Source: a virus
Lineage: Duplodnaviria > Caudoviricetes
Reading direction: 5' to 3' (one strand)
DNA: 63,101 nucleotides
IMG/VR virus record: IMGVR_UViG_3300025083_002903
Coordinates: 1-63,101 of that record
Position numbers and translations under genes: made by a program. This document shows positions 35,900 to 46,700 of the stretch, piece after piece (position 1 is the first letter of the stretch; each line of letters opens with the position of its first letter). The notes beneath the pieces were generated by a model. The model saw only the letters and a program-made list of their open reading frames with translations, was not told where the DNA came from and did not search any database.

Positions 35900-37018
35900 T
35901 TAGTATGTTCCACCATCAATAGTTCCTAAGAACTCTGCTGCAAATATTTTCTCAGTGCCTACACTCCAGTAGCCATTTGTTTCATCCCAGAATAGTGATA
36001 CATCATTAGCAGAACCACGATTTACAAGAATACCTGCATCTTGTGATGGAGCAGTACTTGCACTAAGATTACTATTGAGTTCGATAATATTATCTGCAAG
36101 AGCAATAGTTTCTGTATTGACTGTGGTTGTTGTACCTGATACGATAAGATTGCCAGCAATAGTAACTGTGCCAGCGGTAATGTCATTTGAGTATAAAGTA
36201 CCATCTACTGTTACATCATTGAATTGAACATCTGATGTAGTTTCGACTGCTTGACCAATACTAACTTCAACTGAATCACCAATAGTCTTAGTCGCAACAC
36301 CAGTTCCACCAGAAATTGTAAATGTATCAGTTAAGAGATTAACACCATTTGCGGGTGTTGTTCCATCATCTGTATCTGCCGCAATCGTAAGAGTAGTTGC
36401 AACACTTACTGTACCTGCTGCTGTAATACGACCTTGTTGATCAACTGTAAACGTTGGAATATTAGTTGTGTCACCATACGAACCTGGGGTTACTGCTGTA
36501 TCATCTAAGTTAAGAGTAGTTGTATTGTTAGGATCATCAAAGACAGATGTAATCGCTACACCACCAACAATTGTGCCACCAGTAACATCTTGAATGAATT
36601 CTGTAAGCGAAACGCTATCACTTCCAACGTACGGATTAATAATAACAACTTTACCAGTACCATTTGGTGAGAGTGTTAAATCACCATTAGCATTTGACGT
36701 TGTGATTGCGTTACCATCAATAGTAACATTATCAACGTTAAGAGCGTCAATCTTACTATCAGCATCTGTGACAATAGCACTAAGTGCTGTTAGAACACCT
36801 TCTTGATGATCTAAACGATCTGTGAAAAATTTACCACCGATAACATCTATCGACGTGGCTAAGCCAGTAACACCATCAACACCAGTACCGATAAATAATC
36901 TATCGCCATTGTCTTGCCATGTACCTGTACCATACGAGTAGCCTGATTCACCCGGATACAACCCTGTGGGCGCATTCGTCGTACTACTTCGTTTTATTCT
37001 AATTACTGAACCGGACAT
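35900..37018 (-). CDS. Mtd_N-like tail fibre protein
   Basis: IRIKRS...GESGYS...RLFIG; VTPGSYG...TVDQQGRITAAG; GNLIVSGTTTTVNT; ends IDGGTY. Confidence 0.8.
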   Translation of the reverse strand: MSGSVIRIKRSSTTNAPTGLYPGESGYSYGTGTWQDNGDRLFIGTGVDGVTGLATSIDVIGGKFFTDRLDHQEGVLTALSAIVTDADSKIDALNVDNVTIDGNAITTSNANGDLTLSPNGTGKVVIINPYVGSDSVSLTEFIQDVTGGTIVGGVAITSVFDDPNNTTTLNLDDTAVTPGSYGDTTNIPTFTVDQQGRITAAGTVSVATTLTIAADTDDGTTPANGVNLLTDTFTISGGTGVATKTIGDSVEVSIGQAVETTSDVQFNDVTVDGTLYSNDITAGTVTIAGNLIVSGTTTTVNTETIALADNIIELNSNLSASTAPSQDAGILVNRGSANDVSLFWDETNGYWSVGTEKIFAAEFLGTIDGGTY

Positions 37019-37237
37019 TTAATAGTCTCCTCCGTTAATTTGAGTGCCTGGATTTTCTACTATGTTTTCTGCTTCCCAAAGTTCTGTCGTGGCATTATAT
37101 ATAAGGAGACCGCCACTTTGGGCGTTTGAAGCTTCAACATCGAATATATCACTCAATCTCAATGTGTTTGCGTTTAATCTATAATTCGTTACTAATAGTT
37201 TCTGATTAGGAGTAATTCTAGCTTTTATCTGTGACAT
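37019..37237 (-). CDS. Small fibre-associated protein
   Basis: LSDIFDV...GGLLIYNATTELW...INGGDY. Confidence 0.7.
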   Translation of the reverse strand: MSQIKARITPNQKLLVTNYRLNANTLRLSDIFDVEASNAQSGGLLIYNATTELWEAENIVENPGTQINGGDY

Positions 37238-37572
37238 TAGACACTCCTTGTTATACCTGGTGTTACTGTTGCAACCCCTTCGACAACTCGTAGGACAGTA
37301 CCACCGTTTGAGGTGATTTCAATGTCATATAAGTATCTGCCGGGTTCTAAATCTTTTGTTGTGTTACTACTCATCGATAGTGTGATTTGTCCACCGCCAT
37401 TGTTATCTGAACAGACAAAATCATGTGCTGTCGTAGAAGAATAGTTCTTCCTCATTTGAGCAAATGCATCCCATCCAGTTAAATCCCAAGCACCTCCTAC
37501 ATCATCTTCAACATCTACAATAGCTGAAAAATCAGTTCCTTGGTCTATTACTATATTTGCTTTGATTGCCAT
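37237..37572 (-). CDS. Baseplate/fibre adaptor-like Ig-fold protein
   Basis: ANIVIDQGTDF...DLTG...AQMRK...GRYLYDIEI...RVVEG...TPGIT. Confidence 0.75.
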   Translation of the reverse strand: MAIKANIVIDQGTDFSAIVDVEDDVGGAWDLTGWDAFAQMRKNYSSTTAHDFVCSDNNGGGQITLSMSSNTTKDLEPGRYLYDIEITSNGGTVLRVVEGVATVTPGITRSV

Positions 37573-37608
37573 ATTAGACTCTACTATTAGGTTATCTCTA
37601 TTACTTGA

Positions 37609-37622
37609 TATTTATATAAATA
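37609..37622. promoter_or_regulatory. Palindromic bidirectional late promoter TATTTATATAAATA
   Basis: Two TATAAATA boxes (minus 37609-37616, plus 37615-37622) overlap by 2 bp between divergent genes. Confidence 0.8.
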
Positions 37623-37660
37623 AAAACATACGAAACTCTTTTAAAAGGTGTAAAACAGTC

Positions 37661-40249
37661 ATGGCTGGAAAATATGTTCGTGTTGGTCTTAGAAGGGACA
37701 AGAATTTCTCTGACTTAGAAAGCACTTATTCGTCACTCGGTAATCTATTAAACAACTTAGCCCCTCCAGGAAAGTCGTTCATACCAGATGATATTCAAGT
37801 TCTCAATAACGTCTCTGAAGACTCTAACGTCACAAATGATAGCTTTTTAGAGTTAAAAGGTAATACTAGAACAGCAACTCAAATTCGATTTAGAACACCT
37901 ATTCAATTTTCATCTGCCTTTGAGACAGTTCCATTTACCGATGGATTCTCTTTCTTGAAGTCAGGAGAAGAGGTATTGTTTGAAACTGTTGGATCATCTA
38001 ATGCAGTTTATGATGCTATTACAGAAACTTATACTTATTTCTATAATGCAGTCATACTAACAAACTCTTCTACAGTTCCTTTCTCTGTTGACGAAGATTT
38101 GATCATTCAATCAACTGGTATTACTATTAGTGATATCGACCCTACGCAAGAAACTCTTGATAACTTCTTAATTGAGCCAAACATTACAATTAAAGACACT
38201 ATCGAAAATGCAAAAGTAATTACAGGTGATCCGCCTTACTTAGCAGGTGGTGATGGTCTAAAAGCTAAATTTTATCCATCTGATTCAATTGCTACAGCAG
38301 CACAAAGAAGTTCCAGTATTAGTGGTTACGAACTATTTAATTATGCTGAAGCTTATCTTGGTGGTGGTGCAGGGTTTCATTATGGACCATTTGATTTTTG
38401 GGAAAGTGGTTATTTTGGATTTGGTCCTTCAATCTACGACTCTCCTGAGTTTATCAATGGCCTTGGTGGTGTACAATGGGAAGGGTTTTTTGCACCGATT
38501 CCATATATCGTTGATAACAATTGGCAGATTGTGTGTAGCGGACTTATTATTATTGAACAAGATATAGATGGTAATAATAACTGGCAAAAAGTTCTTAACA
38601 TCCATGATAAAGAAAGAGAACTTGTATCTCAGACTTCTGGTGCTGTTACTACTATAACCTTATCGGATGATGATCTTATGAAAGTAGGTGTTGGTGATCA
38701 AGTCACATTCATAACATCACAAGGCAATATATTTAATACGTTTACAAAAGTCGATAACGTTGATTATCAGGGAAAGACTATCACTTTAGATCAAGCTGTA
38801 AATGTAGCTAATGGTGATATTATAAAAGTATCATTTCCTGTAGGTTTCCAGGATATCACCACACAAGTAAAACTATCCGTTCCTGGATTAAATGTCAAGA
38901 GAAAAGTTAGAATAAGTGTGTACTGGCCCAATGATGCTGGATACGATAGCTTTAGAAAAAGATGTAGCTTTGCATACATACAAGAATCCGCAACTCGACT
39001 ACCAGCTTCTTTCTTGTACACTACAGATTCAGTAGCAACTGCAAACACCAATGTAAATTCATTTGAGTATTTTTTAGATAACTATGTCAATCTAAGTAAT
39101 GATCGAACTACTGCTGCATTACAAGTAAACGATAAAGCAATTATAAGCTATGACCCACCTCTCACTTTTGCAAATAAAGTTAGTACTATACAAGTAGTGT
39201 ATATAGGTAATGGTGTGTTTTCATATGCAGGACTGGGCGGCGCACCTGTGTATCAGGGTGATAGAGTTATTCTCTCATTAGGTAACTCGTATCTACAGCT
39301 TCTAGCTATTGGCGACTCTCCTAATGAATCAGCATTCTATGTAGATGAAGAAGATGTAATTAATTACAACTCTGGCGCTGCAGCAGGAGAAGAAATTTCG
39401 GGTGATGCCAATACTTCAGGTGGACCATATTCGGGATTTCGTATAGACAATATTGGTCTTAAAGATATCTTTTTAAGATATAATAGCGCAGGTAATTTTG
39501 TTTCTATGCTAAGTGTATCAAATGAAGATGAACTTGCAAAAGATCAATTAGTTTATGCAATGAAGGGTAGTGGTACAACACTAGCAGATGAAGGTCCAGT
39601 TAGACTATCAACAATTAGTAAGTCCGCTGGAGAATATACACTTACTGTAGATGATCATTTTGGTGGGAGCTATGCAGATTTCTTAGGCGATACTAATCCA
39701 GATAATACAATACTACTTGTATATAAGGATAAGGCACTAGAAGACTTATCAAAGGTTAATTATTGTAATGGTGTTATAGGTCATTTGATTACAGCCGACG
39801 CCCTTTCTGGTGCAAATGAAATATTCTTAGACGATGTATCAGATGTTCAACAAAGCTATTATATTCAGTTTTCAGGTTACATCCCAGACGGCACTCAGAT
39901 TACAGGTGTTGATTCGGGAACAAACAAAATAACTTTATCAAACAATCTTACTAAGACGCTAAAACAAAATTATACAATTACTATTATTCCAGGTAACCCC
40001 GGAGCTGAGAGTTATGAGATTTGCGTATTACCTTTAGACACCGCACCACCATTTACTGGAACTGATACTGGACTTAAAACAGCATCGGGTGTAGAAAATA
40101 TTAAGACTAACGAACTATTATTCGATAATCTGTATATTAAAAATCTTATAGATGAAGATATTGGTAATCAGGAATATACTAAAACTATGAATATTACACA
40201 CGATAATGGAGTTGGTGTTAGAAAGGTGTATAAGCTTTTAGTCTTTTAA
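37661..40249 (+). CDS. Inverted virion protein with PA14-like domain (start revised from 37562 to ATG 37661)
   Basis: AAGGTG RBS and late promoter upstream of 37661; MAGKYVRVGLRRDKNFSDL; GLKAKFY...GGVQWEGFF resembles PA14; the only long plus-strand ORF. Confidence 0.75.
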   Translation: MAGKYVRVGLRRDKNFSDLESTYSSLGNLLNNLAPPGKSFIPDDIQVLNNVSEDSNVTNDSFLELKGNTRTATQIRFRTPIQFSSAFETVPFTDGFSFLKSGEEVLFETVGSSNAVYDAITETYTYFYNAVILTNSSTVPFSVDEDLIIQSTGITISDIDPTQETLDNFLIEPNITIKDTIENAKVITGDPPYLAGGDGLKAKFYPSDSIATAAQRSSSISGYELFNYAEAYLGGGAGFHYGPFDFWESGYFGFGPSIYDSPEFINGLGGVQWEGFFAPIPYIVDNNWQIVCSGLIIIEQDIDGNNNWQKVLNIHDKERELVSQTSGAVTTITLSDDDLMKVGVGDQVTFITSQGNIFNTFTKVDNVDYQGKTITLDQAVNVANGDIIKVSFPVGFQDITTQVKLSVPGLNVKRKVRISVYWPNDAGYDSFRKRCSFAYIQESATRLPASFLYTTDSVATANTNVNSFEYFLDNYVNLSNDRTTAALQVNDKAIISYDPPLTFANKVSTIQVVYIGNGVFSYAGLGGAPVYQGDRVILSLGNSYLQLLAIGDSPNESAFYVDEEDVINYNSGAAAGEEISGDANTSGGPYSGFRIDNIGLKDIFLRYNSAGNFVSMLSVSNEDELAKDQLVYAMKGSGTTLADEGPVRLSTISKSAGEYTLTVDDHFGGSYADFLGDTNPDNTILLVYKDKALEDLSKVNYCNGVIGHLITADALSGANEIFLDDVSDVQQSYYIQFSGYIPDGTQITGVDSGTNKITLSNNLTKTLKQNYTITIIPGNPGAESYEICVLPLDTAPPFTGTDTGLKTASGVENIKTNELLFDNLYIKNLIDEDIGNQEYTKTMNITHDNGVGVRKVYKLLVF

Positions 40250-41250
40250 GGTACTAACGAGCATAGTAAGTTATACTCTTCACCGTTAACTAAATTACCA
40301 AGATCATCTACAAACTGCGTTTGCAATAGTATCTTATGAGTAAAGTCTGTATAGGATTCAGTTGATCCTACTGGAGTTACTGCGATTGTATTGAGTCTTG
40401 GATTAGTTGCAGTTAAGTTATTAACATTAGTTTGAGTAGATGTTGTAATAGTTTCACTTGTCAAATTGTCAATTGACCAAGGATCGGTGTTATTACTAAA
40501 TGCTCTAGCTTTTGAATATATCAATCTACCTTCGGAATCAAATGTAGGATTATCATTTTCATCTAATACAACTTTATCTGAAATAATAAACAGACCAGGT
40601 GAAGTGTCTGACGGAGATAAGTCAGCAGTATTGATAATTGTTACAGTACCATTTAAATTAAATTCGCTATTCACTACATTGGTTTTTGTAGTAAATAAAG
40701 TTGTGCTTCTTTTTAAAGCAAATGCGTCCATAGTGGGTCTAACTTGATCACCAAATTCTATTATACTAGTGTCTCTAAAAGTAGTAGCAGGTATATCAAC
40801 TTCTTCATCAGAATTTAATATCTCTTCGAGAACAGTTGGGTCGATAGTTTGAAGAACATCGGGACTCATATTTTGGATGTTAGCTTTAGTTACGCCTTCG
40901 GATCTACGCAAGTCATCAGTGATGACTGTAAGATTAGCACCCAATTCATCAACTAACTCAAACTCATCAACGCCGTTTGAATTTACAACTGTGTATGATG
41001 TACCATCATGTGTAATAACAGTTCTATTAGAAAATGCAATGTTTTGCTTACTCTTAACTCTAAGTTTAGTAGTGTTTGGAATTAACTCAACTTGAGTTGG
41101 TCTTAAGACACTGAAGTTTCTAAGATTGTTAACGAATAGCGAAATGTCATTAGAACGACCAGCACCGGCAAGATTGTCCAATGCAGTAGCATCCTTAGAA
41201 AAGCTATCTGATTCTGCTAAGTTTAAATCTCTTGCAAACCCTTGAGGCAT
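40246..41250 (-). CDS. Virion structural protein
   Basis: 334 aa; GFARDLNLAE...ALDNL N-terminus; FTHKI...NGEEYNLL C-terminus. Confidence 0.65.
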   Translation of the reverse strand: MPQGFARDLNLAESDSFSKDATALDNLAGAGRSNDISLFVNNLRNFSVLRPTQVELIPNTTKLRVKSKQNIAFSNRTVITHDGTSYTVVNSNGVDEFELVDELGANLTVITDDLRRSEGVTKANIQNMSPDVLQTIDPTVLEEILNSDEEVDIPATTFRDTSIIEFGDQVRPTMDAFALKRSTTLFTTKTNVVNSEFNLNGTVTIINTADLSPSDTSPGLFIISDKVVLDENDNPTFDSEGRLIYSKARAFSNNTDPWSIDNLTSETITTSTQTNVNNLTATNPRLNTIAVTPVGSTESYTDFTHKILLQTQFVDDLGNLVNGEEYNLLCSLVP

Positions 41251-41263
41251 TGACTATCTCCTA

Positions 41264-43738
41264 TTACACTCTTATTGTCCATCTACGAATTTGTGTCAAA
41301 ACATTGTATTGTTCTTGCACAGTAGTAGAGAAGTTTAAGAGGTCGTTTAAACTAAATCCGTTATTAGACATATCAAATCTTCTATTCCAAGTATTTGTAG
41401 TATTTAGATGAATTTGATAGATATCGTTAATTATAGCGGCTCCAGCATCTACTGTTAAATTGTTATTATTTACGTAGTAATATCTTAAACTTGTGTTTGA
41501 AGATATTGATCCCGCTGAGTAGCTACTAAAATTATTACTCGCTAGATGACAATAATATAGTCTTGGACAAGTTGCAAAGCTAGGTAAAGACCCAGTAAAG
41601 TTATTATTTTGAAGTTGAAAGTATCTAATATTTGGTAAAGATGGTGATGGTAGACCACCACTTAAATTATTGTTATAGAGATACAAGTATCCAACACGTG
41701 AATTATTAAATGCAGGAGCTGATCCAGTTAAATCGTTGTTACCTAAATTACACCAAGATAGAGAAGGCATTTCTGCCAAGTTAGTTAATCCACCTGTGAT
41801 ATTAGTATTTGAAATAGTTATACTACTTAAAGATTTATTAGAGTTGAAGTTTGGTAAACTACCTACCATGTTACTATTGCCATACACATTTAAACTATTA
41901 ATACTTGCTGTTTGTGCAAATACTAAGCTGTCAAAGAATGAGTTCACACCATCACCAAGTTGACTACTACTTATAGTCAAACTACGTAGATTACCAGTTC
42001 CAGAGAAAGTTTGTCCACCAAGTACACCACTAAGTTTAGTATTGTAAAGATTTAAACTTGATAGAGATGGTAGGTTTTGAAATGCTAGTGAAACGTCACC
42101 AGTTACAGGATTACTAGACAAGTTGATAGTGTTTAGACTACCACATCCACTAAACACACCTTGAACACTAGAGCTACCTCTTAGTGTTTGTAAGTACTGA
42201 TGAGTGTAGCTAGTTATAGATTGACACCCACTAACAACAACTAAATTGTGATTGTTTCTTCTACTATAGAAAGTTTTCAATCTACCAGTATCAGTTCCAC
42301 CGTCTCCTGCTGCCGCAAGAGTGATATCAATTTCTTGTGACCCATCCCACCCAGCTTTAATATTTCTATTGGTGCTAGTGCTTTGTGTGATACTTTCAAT
42401 ATAAATATTTTCTAAGTTTTTTGCCTTCATAACAGATTCGTCGAGATATCTATATTGTTGAAATCTTACATCATAGTCTGTTAAGGAAGTGTTCTCTTGA
42501 GTTGTAGGGTCGACATAAATTTTTGGCGTTGGGCCCAATGAAAACATTCTAGTAGATGGTTGATTGCCTCTAAACTGTACTCTTTGTAGAGCTGTTAAAT
42601 CATCGTTTAGATAGTTTTTAGATAGGTCTATTGTGCTATTATCAGAAAAACAATTATTCATTGTAATTCGTTCAATCGTGCCAGGCAGTCTACTCAATTG
42701 TTGTGCAGCTGTTCTAGTTGATCTGGTGAATGGGTTTGATGTACAATCTAATATTTCTAATCCGGGTGATATGTAATTTAAATCAGGCAACTCTATAAGT
42801 TGGTTATTAGAAATATCTAGATTACGTAAACCAGTTGCTTGCGTTCTAGAGAACTCAAACATATTAAGGTTTTTAAGTTTTAGTAATTGAATTTTTCTAG
42901 GGTCATTAAAGAATTCTAATTGCAATGATGCTGAGCCATTGCCAAAGTATGATATGCCAAGCCCACCAGTATTTTGAACGTTCTCAAATGGTAGAAAGAT
43001 ATTATCATCTAAGTTATAAATTGTCCATGTAGGAGCGGGATCAGCTGCTCCGTTCGTAACAGTATGGTTCAAGTTATTTGTAGTAATCGTTTCTGCTACA
43101 ACTTTAAACTTCATGGGTATGCCACGCATAGCAAGAAACTTCTCAATAGTACCGTTAACATTTAAAGAAACTAAATGTGTGGGTACTTCTGCAGCAAATC
43201 TTTTTAATTGTGGTTCAACAGTCGTTGCCAAAGAAGTAACATCTAATACTGAAATTGGATCGCCATTAACATCTGTTTGATTTGGATTAGGTGTAATCTC
43301 TAAATCACCCTTATAGAAGATCGGCGCAGTTACATCAAAATCATCAAACGAAGACCAAGATGAAATTCTAGACGTTGATATATCGGCTGAACGTACTATA
43401 TCATTGTAGTAATCATAATAATCATATTTAATTGCTCTTGCTAAAAATTGATCATCTACTACAACGTTACTGTTTATAGTCTCGGTAGTAGTTTCGATAC
43501 CATTCATCAAAACTAAGTATTTTGCCATAGCGATAGATACTGAATCGTATGTCTTTTTAATATCAAAGTCTGCACCGGATAATGTAATAATGTCCCCTGC
43601 TGTGACACCCTCATCGAATGTACCAGATATTAAAGACAAATCAGCTAATCTTAAACCCATATTTTCTAAAGCTAGAAACTCATCTTGAATTTCAGAGAAG
43701 CTAAAGTTAACATTCAAACCGTAGTAAAACTGTGCCAT
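41264..43738 (-). CDS. Leucine-rich repeat virion protein
   Basis: Many LxxLxLxxNxLxGxLP repeats (e.g. LYLYNNNLSGGLPS, FQLQNNNFTGSLPSF) after a structural N-domain. Confidence 0.85.
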   Translation of the reverse strand: MAQFYYGLNVNFSFSEIQDEFLALENMGLRLADLSLISGTFDEGVTAGDIITLSGADFDIKKTYDSVSIAMAKYLVLMNGIETTTETINSNVVVDDQFLARAIKYDYYDYYNDIVRSADISTSRISSWSSFDDFDVTAPIFYKGDLEITPNPNQTDVNGDPISVLDVTSLATTVEPQLKRFAAEVPTHLVSLNVNGTIEKFLAMRGIPMKFKVVAETITTNNLNHTVTNGAADPAPTWTIYNLDDNIFLPFENVQNTGGLGISYFGNGSASLQLEFFNDPRKIQLLKLKNLNMFEFSRTQATGLRNLDISNNQLIELPDLNYISPGLEILDCTSNPFTRSTRTAAQQLSRLPGTIERITMNNCFSDNSTIDLSKNYLNDDLTALQRVQFRGNQPSTRMFSLGPTPKIYVDPTTQENTSLTDYDVRFQQYRYLDESVMKAKNLENIYIESITQSTSTNRNIKAGWDGSQEIDITLAAAGDGGTDTGRLKTFYSRRNNHNLVVVSGCQSITSYTHQYLQTLRGSSSVQGVFSGCGSLNTINLSSNPVTGDVSLAFQNLPSLSSLNLYNTKLSGVLGGQTFSGTGNLRSLTISSSQLGDGVNSFFDSLVFAQTASINSLNVYGNSNMVGSLPNFNSNKSLSSITISNTNITGGLTNLAEMPSLSWCNLGNNDLTGSAPAFNNSRVGYLYLYNNNLSGGLPSPSLPNIRYFQLQNNNFTGSLPSFATCPRLYYCHLASNNFSSYSAGSISSNTSLRYYYVNNNNLTVDAGAAIINDIYQIHLNTTNTWNRRFDMSNNGFSLNDLLNFSTTVQEQYNVLTQIRRWTIRV

Positions 43739-46700
43739 TAAATTTGTTCCCTAAGAGTAATACTCAATTCTATATCACCTGGTGGCGTTCTTGTTGGAGG
43801 ATCCCCTGGCACAGTTATCAAAGTCTGCGCAGTTAAGAAATATCCTACATTATTTGATCTTGAAGGTGTAATAGCAATTCTATCTTCACCAAAGAATTGT
43901 TTAAGATTAATCTTCTGTGCTTCATTCGATGAAACGAAAACACTTAGTAAATTTCTTTTCGGTGGTCGCAACGGTTGAGTAACTTGAAAATCAAGTTTCG
44001 CCGCAGACTGTGGAGATACGTCTTCAAAATCCGAAGGTTGCAAGTCTAATGATGATCCACCACTAAGTACAATAGGCTCTACTAGAGTACCTTGACTATT
44101 AGCCTCTGTATAAGTTCTAGAAGAAGTTATCCATTGAGGTGTAAATGTAGTGTTACCAGTAGGTCTTACTTCTTCAATAACAATGTTATTTATCTGTGCG
44201 TTATCTCTTAATGCAAAGACAACATATAAAGGTTGAATATCAAAAGAACCAGCTTTCGCTACGTTAACTGTTTGCTCTTGGAAGATAGAATTACCATCTT
44301 CATCAACAGTATCAATTCTAAAGTTATTTTGAAGAATTATAAGTTTCGTTTGAATAATTCCTTGAGCATTAATCAGATCGATCTTACCAGCTAGAGCATT
44401 TGTAGTATCAACTGTAAAATAATAATCATATATGATATTACCTAGAGGATCAACTTCGTTAGTGTTTTCTTCTATCAATTCAGATGTTACTATAATTCCA
44501 GTTCTTTCGTCATCAATACCTAACTCAACTGTACCTTCATTAATATCTCTAAGACTAAATCTAGGCGCAGCTTGAACATCGTCAAAGTACACTCTATATA
44601 CATATCCTGTTGCATCATCTGGATCTTGGGCAACATCCTCACTTATGATGTAATCGATGATTTCTACTTTACCAATGATACCAGAAATCTTGCCACTATC
44701 TTCTCCGTCTGGTTGAGGTAGATTGCTATCTAACTCAAAGCGAAGTCCATTAGTGCTTACGGCTGGACTAGTGTCGTATGGTAGAGTTGCACTTTGAAAT
44801 TCTTGTAATTGACTAAATTCTGCATACGCCTCATCATAGACATTAAATATTTCATTTGCAGCACCAAATCTTAGAACTTCTGTAAGAGGAGACCCTGCAT
44901 TAGCAACTTCTGCTGTCTCAATTGCAGTTAAGTCTTCTGGTTGTAGAGTAGTCACATCAACCATTCTAGGTTGTTTGTTTGTTAGCGCCAGAGCGAATTC
45001 AGAGAATTGACCGTGTATGTCATTGACATTTGGATTTAGAAAATGTATTTTAAAGAAATTACTTGAGAGTGGAATTGTTGATGCAACTACTGTATCATAT
45101 CCACTTAGTCTTGCTTGAAACTCATAACCGCTCATTGGACCTAAAATATTTCTAGAGACACCAGCAATTACTGTTGGTGTAATGACTTGTTCGTTTAAAG
45201 CCCTTTCACTCATATTATAATTTAGTCTTCTTTTTATCTTACACTCAAAGTCATCATCATCAAATCCGATGTATGTATTATACAAGAATGGTGCTATTAC
45301 TTTTTTCTCATCATCAGCAGCGGTCAATGTATAATCTTGTGCTGGAATAGACAAATCTTGTCTGTTAGCACTTACTCTCATATTAACTAAGCTAGAGCCA
45401 GGACTAATACCAGACTTTAGTGAAGGTGAATAATGAAAGTGTTGACCTTCTGGTGACCCGACAATCTCTTGTAATCTTATCTCAGATACTTCTGAAGAGA
45501 ATGCAGACAAGTCTTCTAAATATATTTTCTTATCATTTACAATCTGAGCGCCAAAGCTATTAGTAATAACATCTTTAGGGAAGATTGCAATGGTAGGAGA
45601 ATTAGCTCTAAATTCTTTTTTCTCTGAAGCTCCGTTATTAATAACAGACGTACCTTGGTCTCCACCATCGATATAATAAGATGCACCATATTTGTATAGA
45701 TAAACTGGCTCATACATCTTATCAGTATTTTGTACATTGACAAGATACTTAAATCTAAAGTTTGGATTTTCAAGACATGGACGGTCAATGCCGTTTTCAA
45801 TTGTAATTCTATGTAGAAGAACCCAACGACATTCATCGTTATCTACAGGCACATAAGCATAGAACTGGGCACCAATAGCACCGTACCAACCAAATTCTAC
45901 TTTATACATTGTAACACGTGTAATGTCAATGTTATAACCAGATTCGCCAGTACCGTCTAGTCTATCGTTAGTCCATTTGTCACGAGGTATTACACACTCA
46001 TAAAGAGGCTCTGTATTGTCAAGTCCACTAACGAATATAGGTGAAGCTGTTTGATCTCTTTCATTAAGACCCATGCGTTCTAGTAATTCTGGTGGTAACG
46101 GAATGGTGCTTCTACGTACAATACTTAAGTTTGGTCCTTTTAACTGGAACATGTATTCGTCTGTAGTATTTGAGCAACCCCATTCTATAGAGTTGTTTAC
46201 AATCTCTGGATTTGTTACGCCTCTAAGACCAAATGTGAATCCCGAGATACGTCCTGGTTGATATCTAAAAGATTTCTTACTTTGTAAAGTGGCGTACATA
46301 GTTTGACTAGAACTATAGCCAGGTCTTGCTGGAGTCACTTCATTTGTTTGACTTGACTTTACACCATTAACTATATTGATAACTTCATCTGTAGATTGAA
46401 AACCTTGATCTGGATAACCAAGTGCATCATCTAAGATTTTAAAATAAGCAATTGTCCACTTTTCAACTTGATTAAATGCATCTTGTTCAAACAAACCATA
46501 GTCTACTTTATAAGCAGCACCAGTATTAACTAGATTACCATTGGCTTGTATGTAGATGTTTAATGCATTATTTTGTGCTACATTAATGAATTGTAAATCA
46601 GCTCCACCGGAATCTTCGACAGTGATGAATGGTGGAATAAAGTTAGCGTTTGCAAAATTAGTATAGCCTTGATTGTCATATAAGTGCCATAGTATTTTAC

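Noticed and set aside
37562-37660. N-terminal extension of the plus-strand ORF (TTG start at 37562)
   Set aside because: It overlaps the divergent gene and spans the promoter; ATG 37661 has an RBS and an upstream late box
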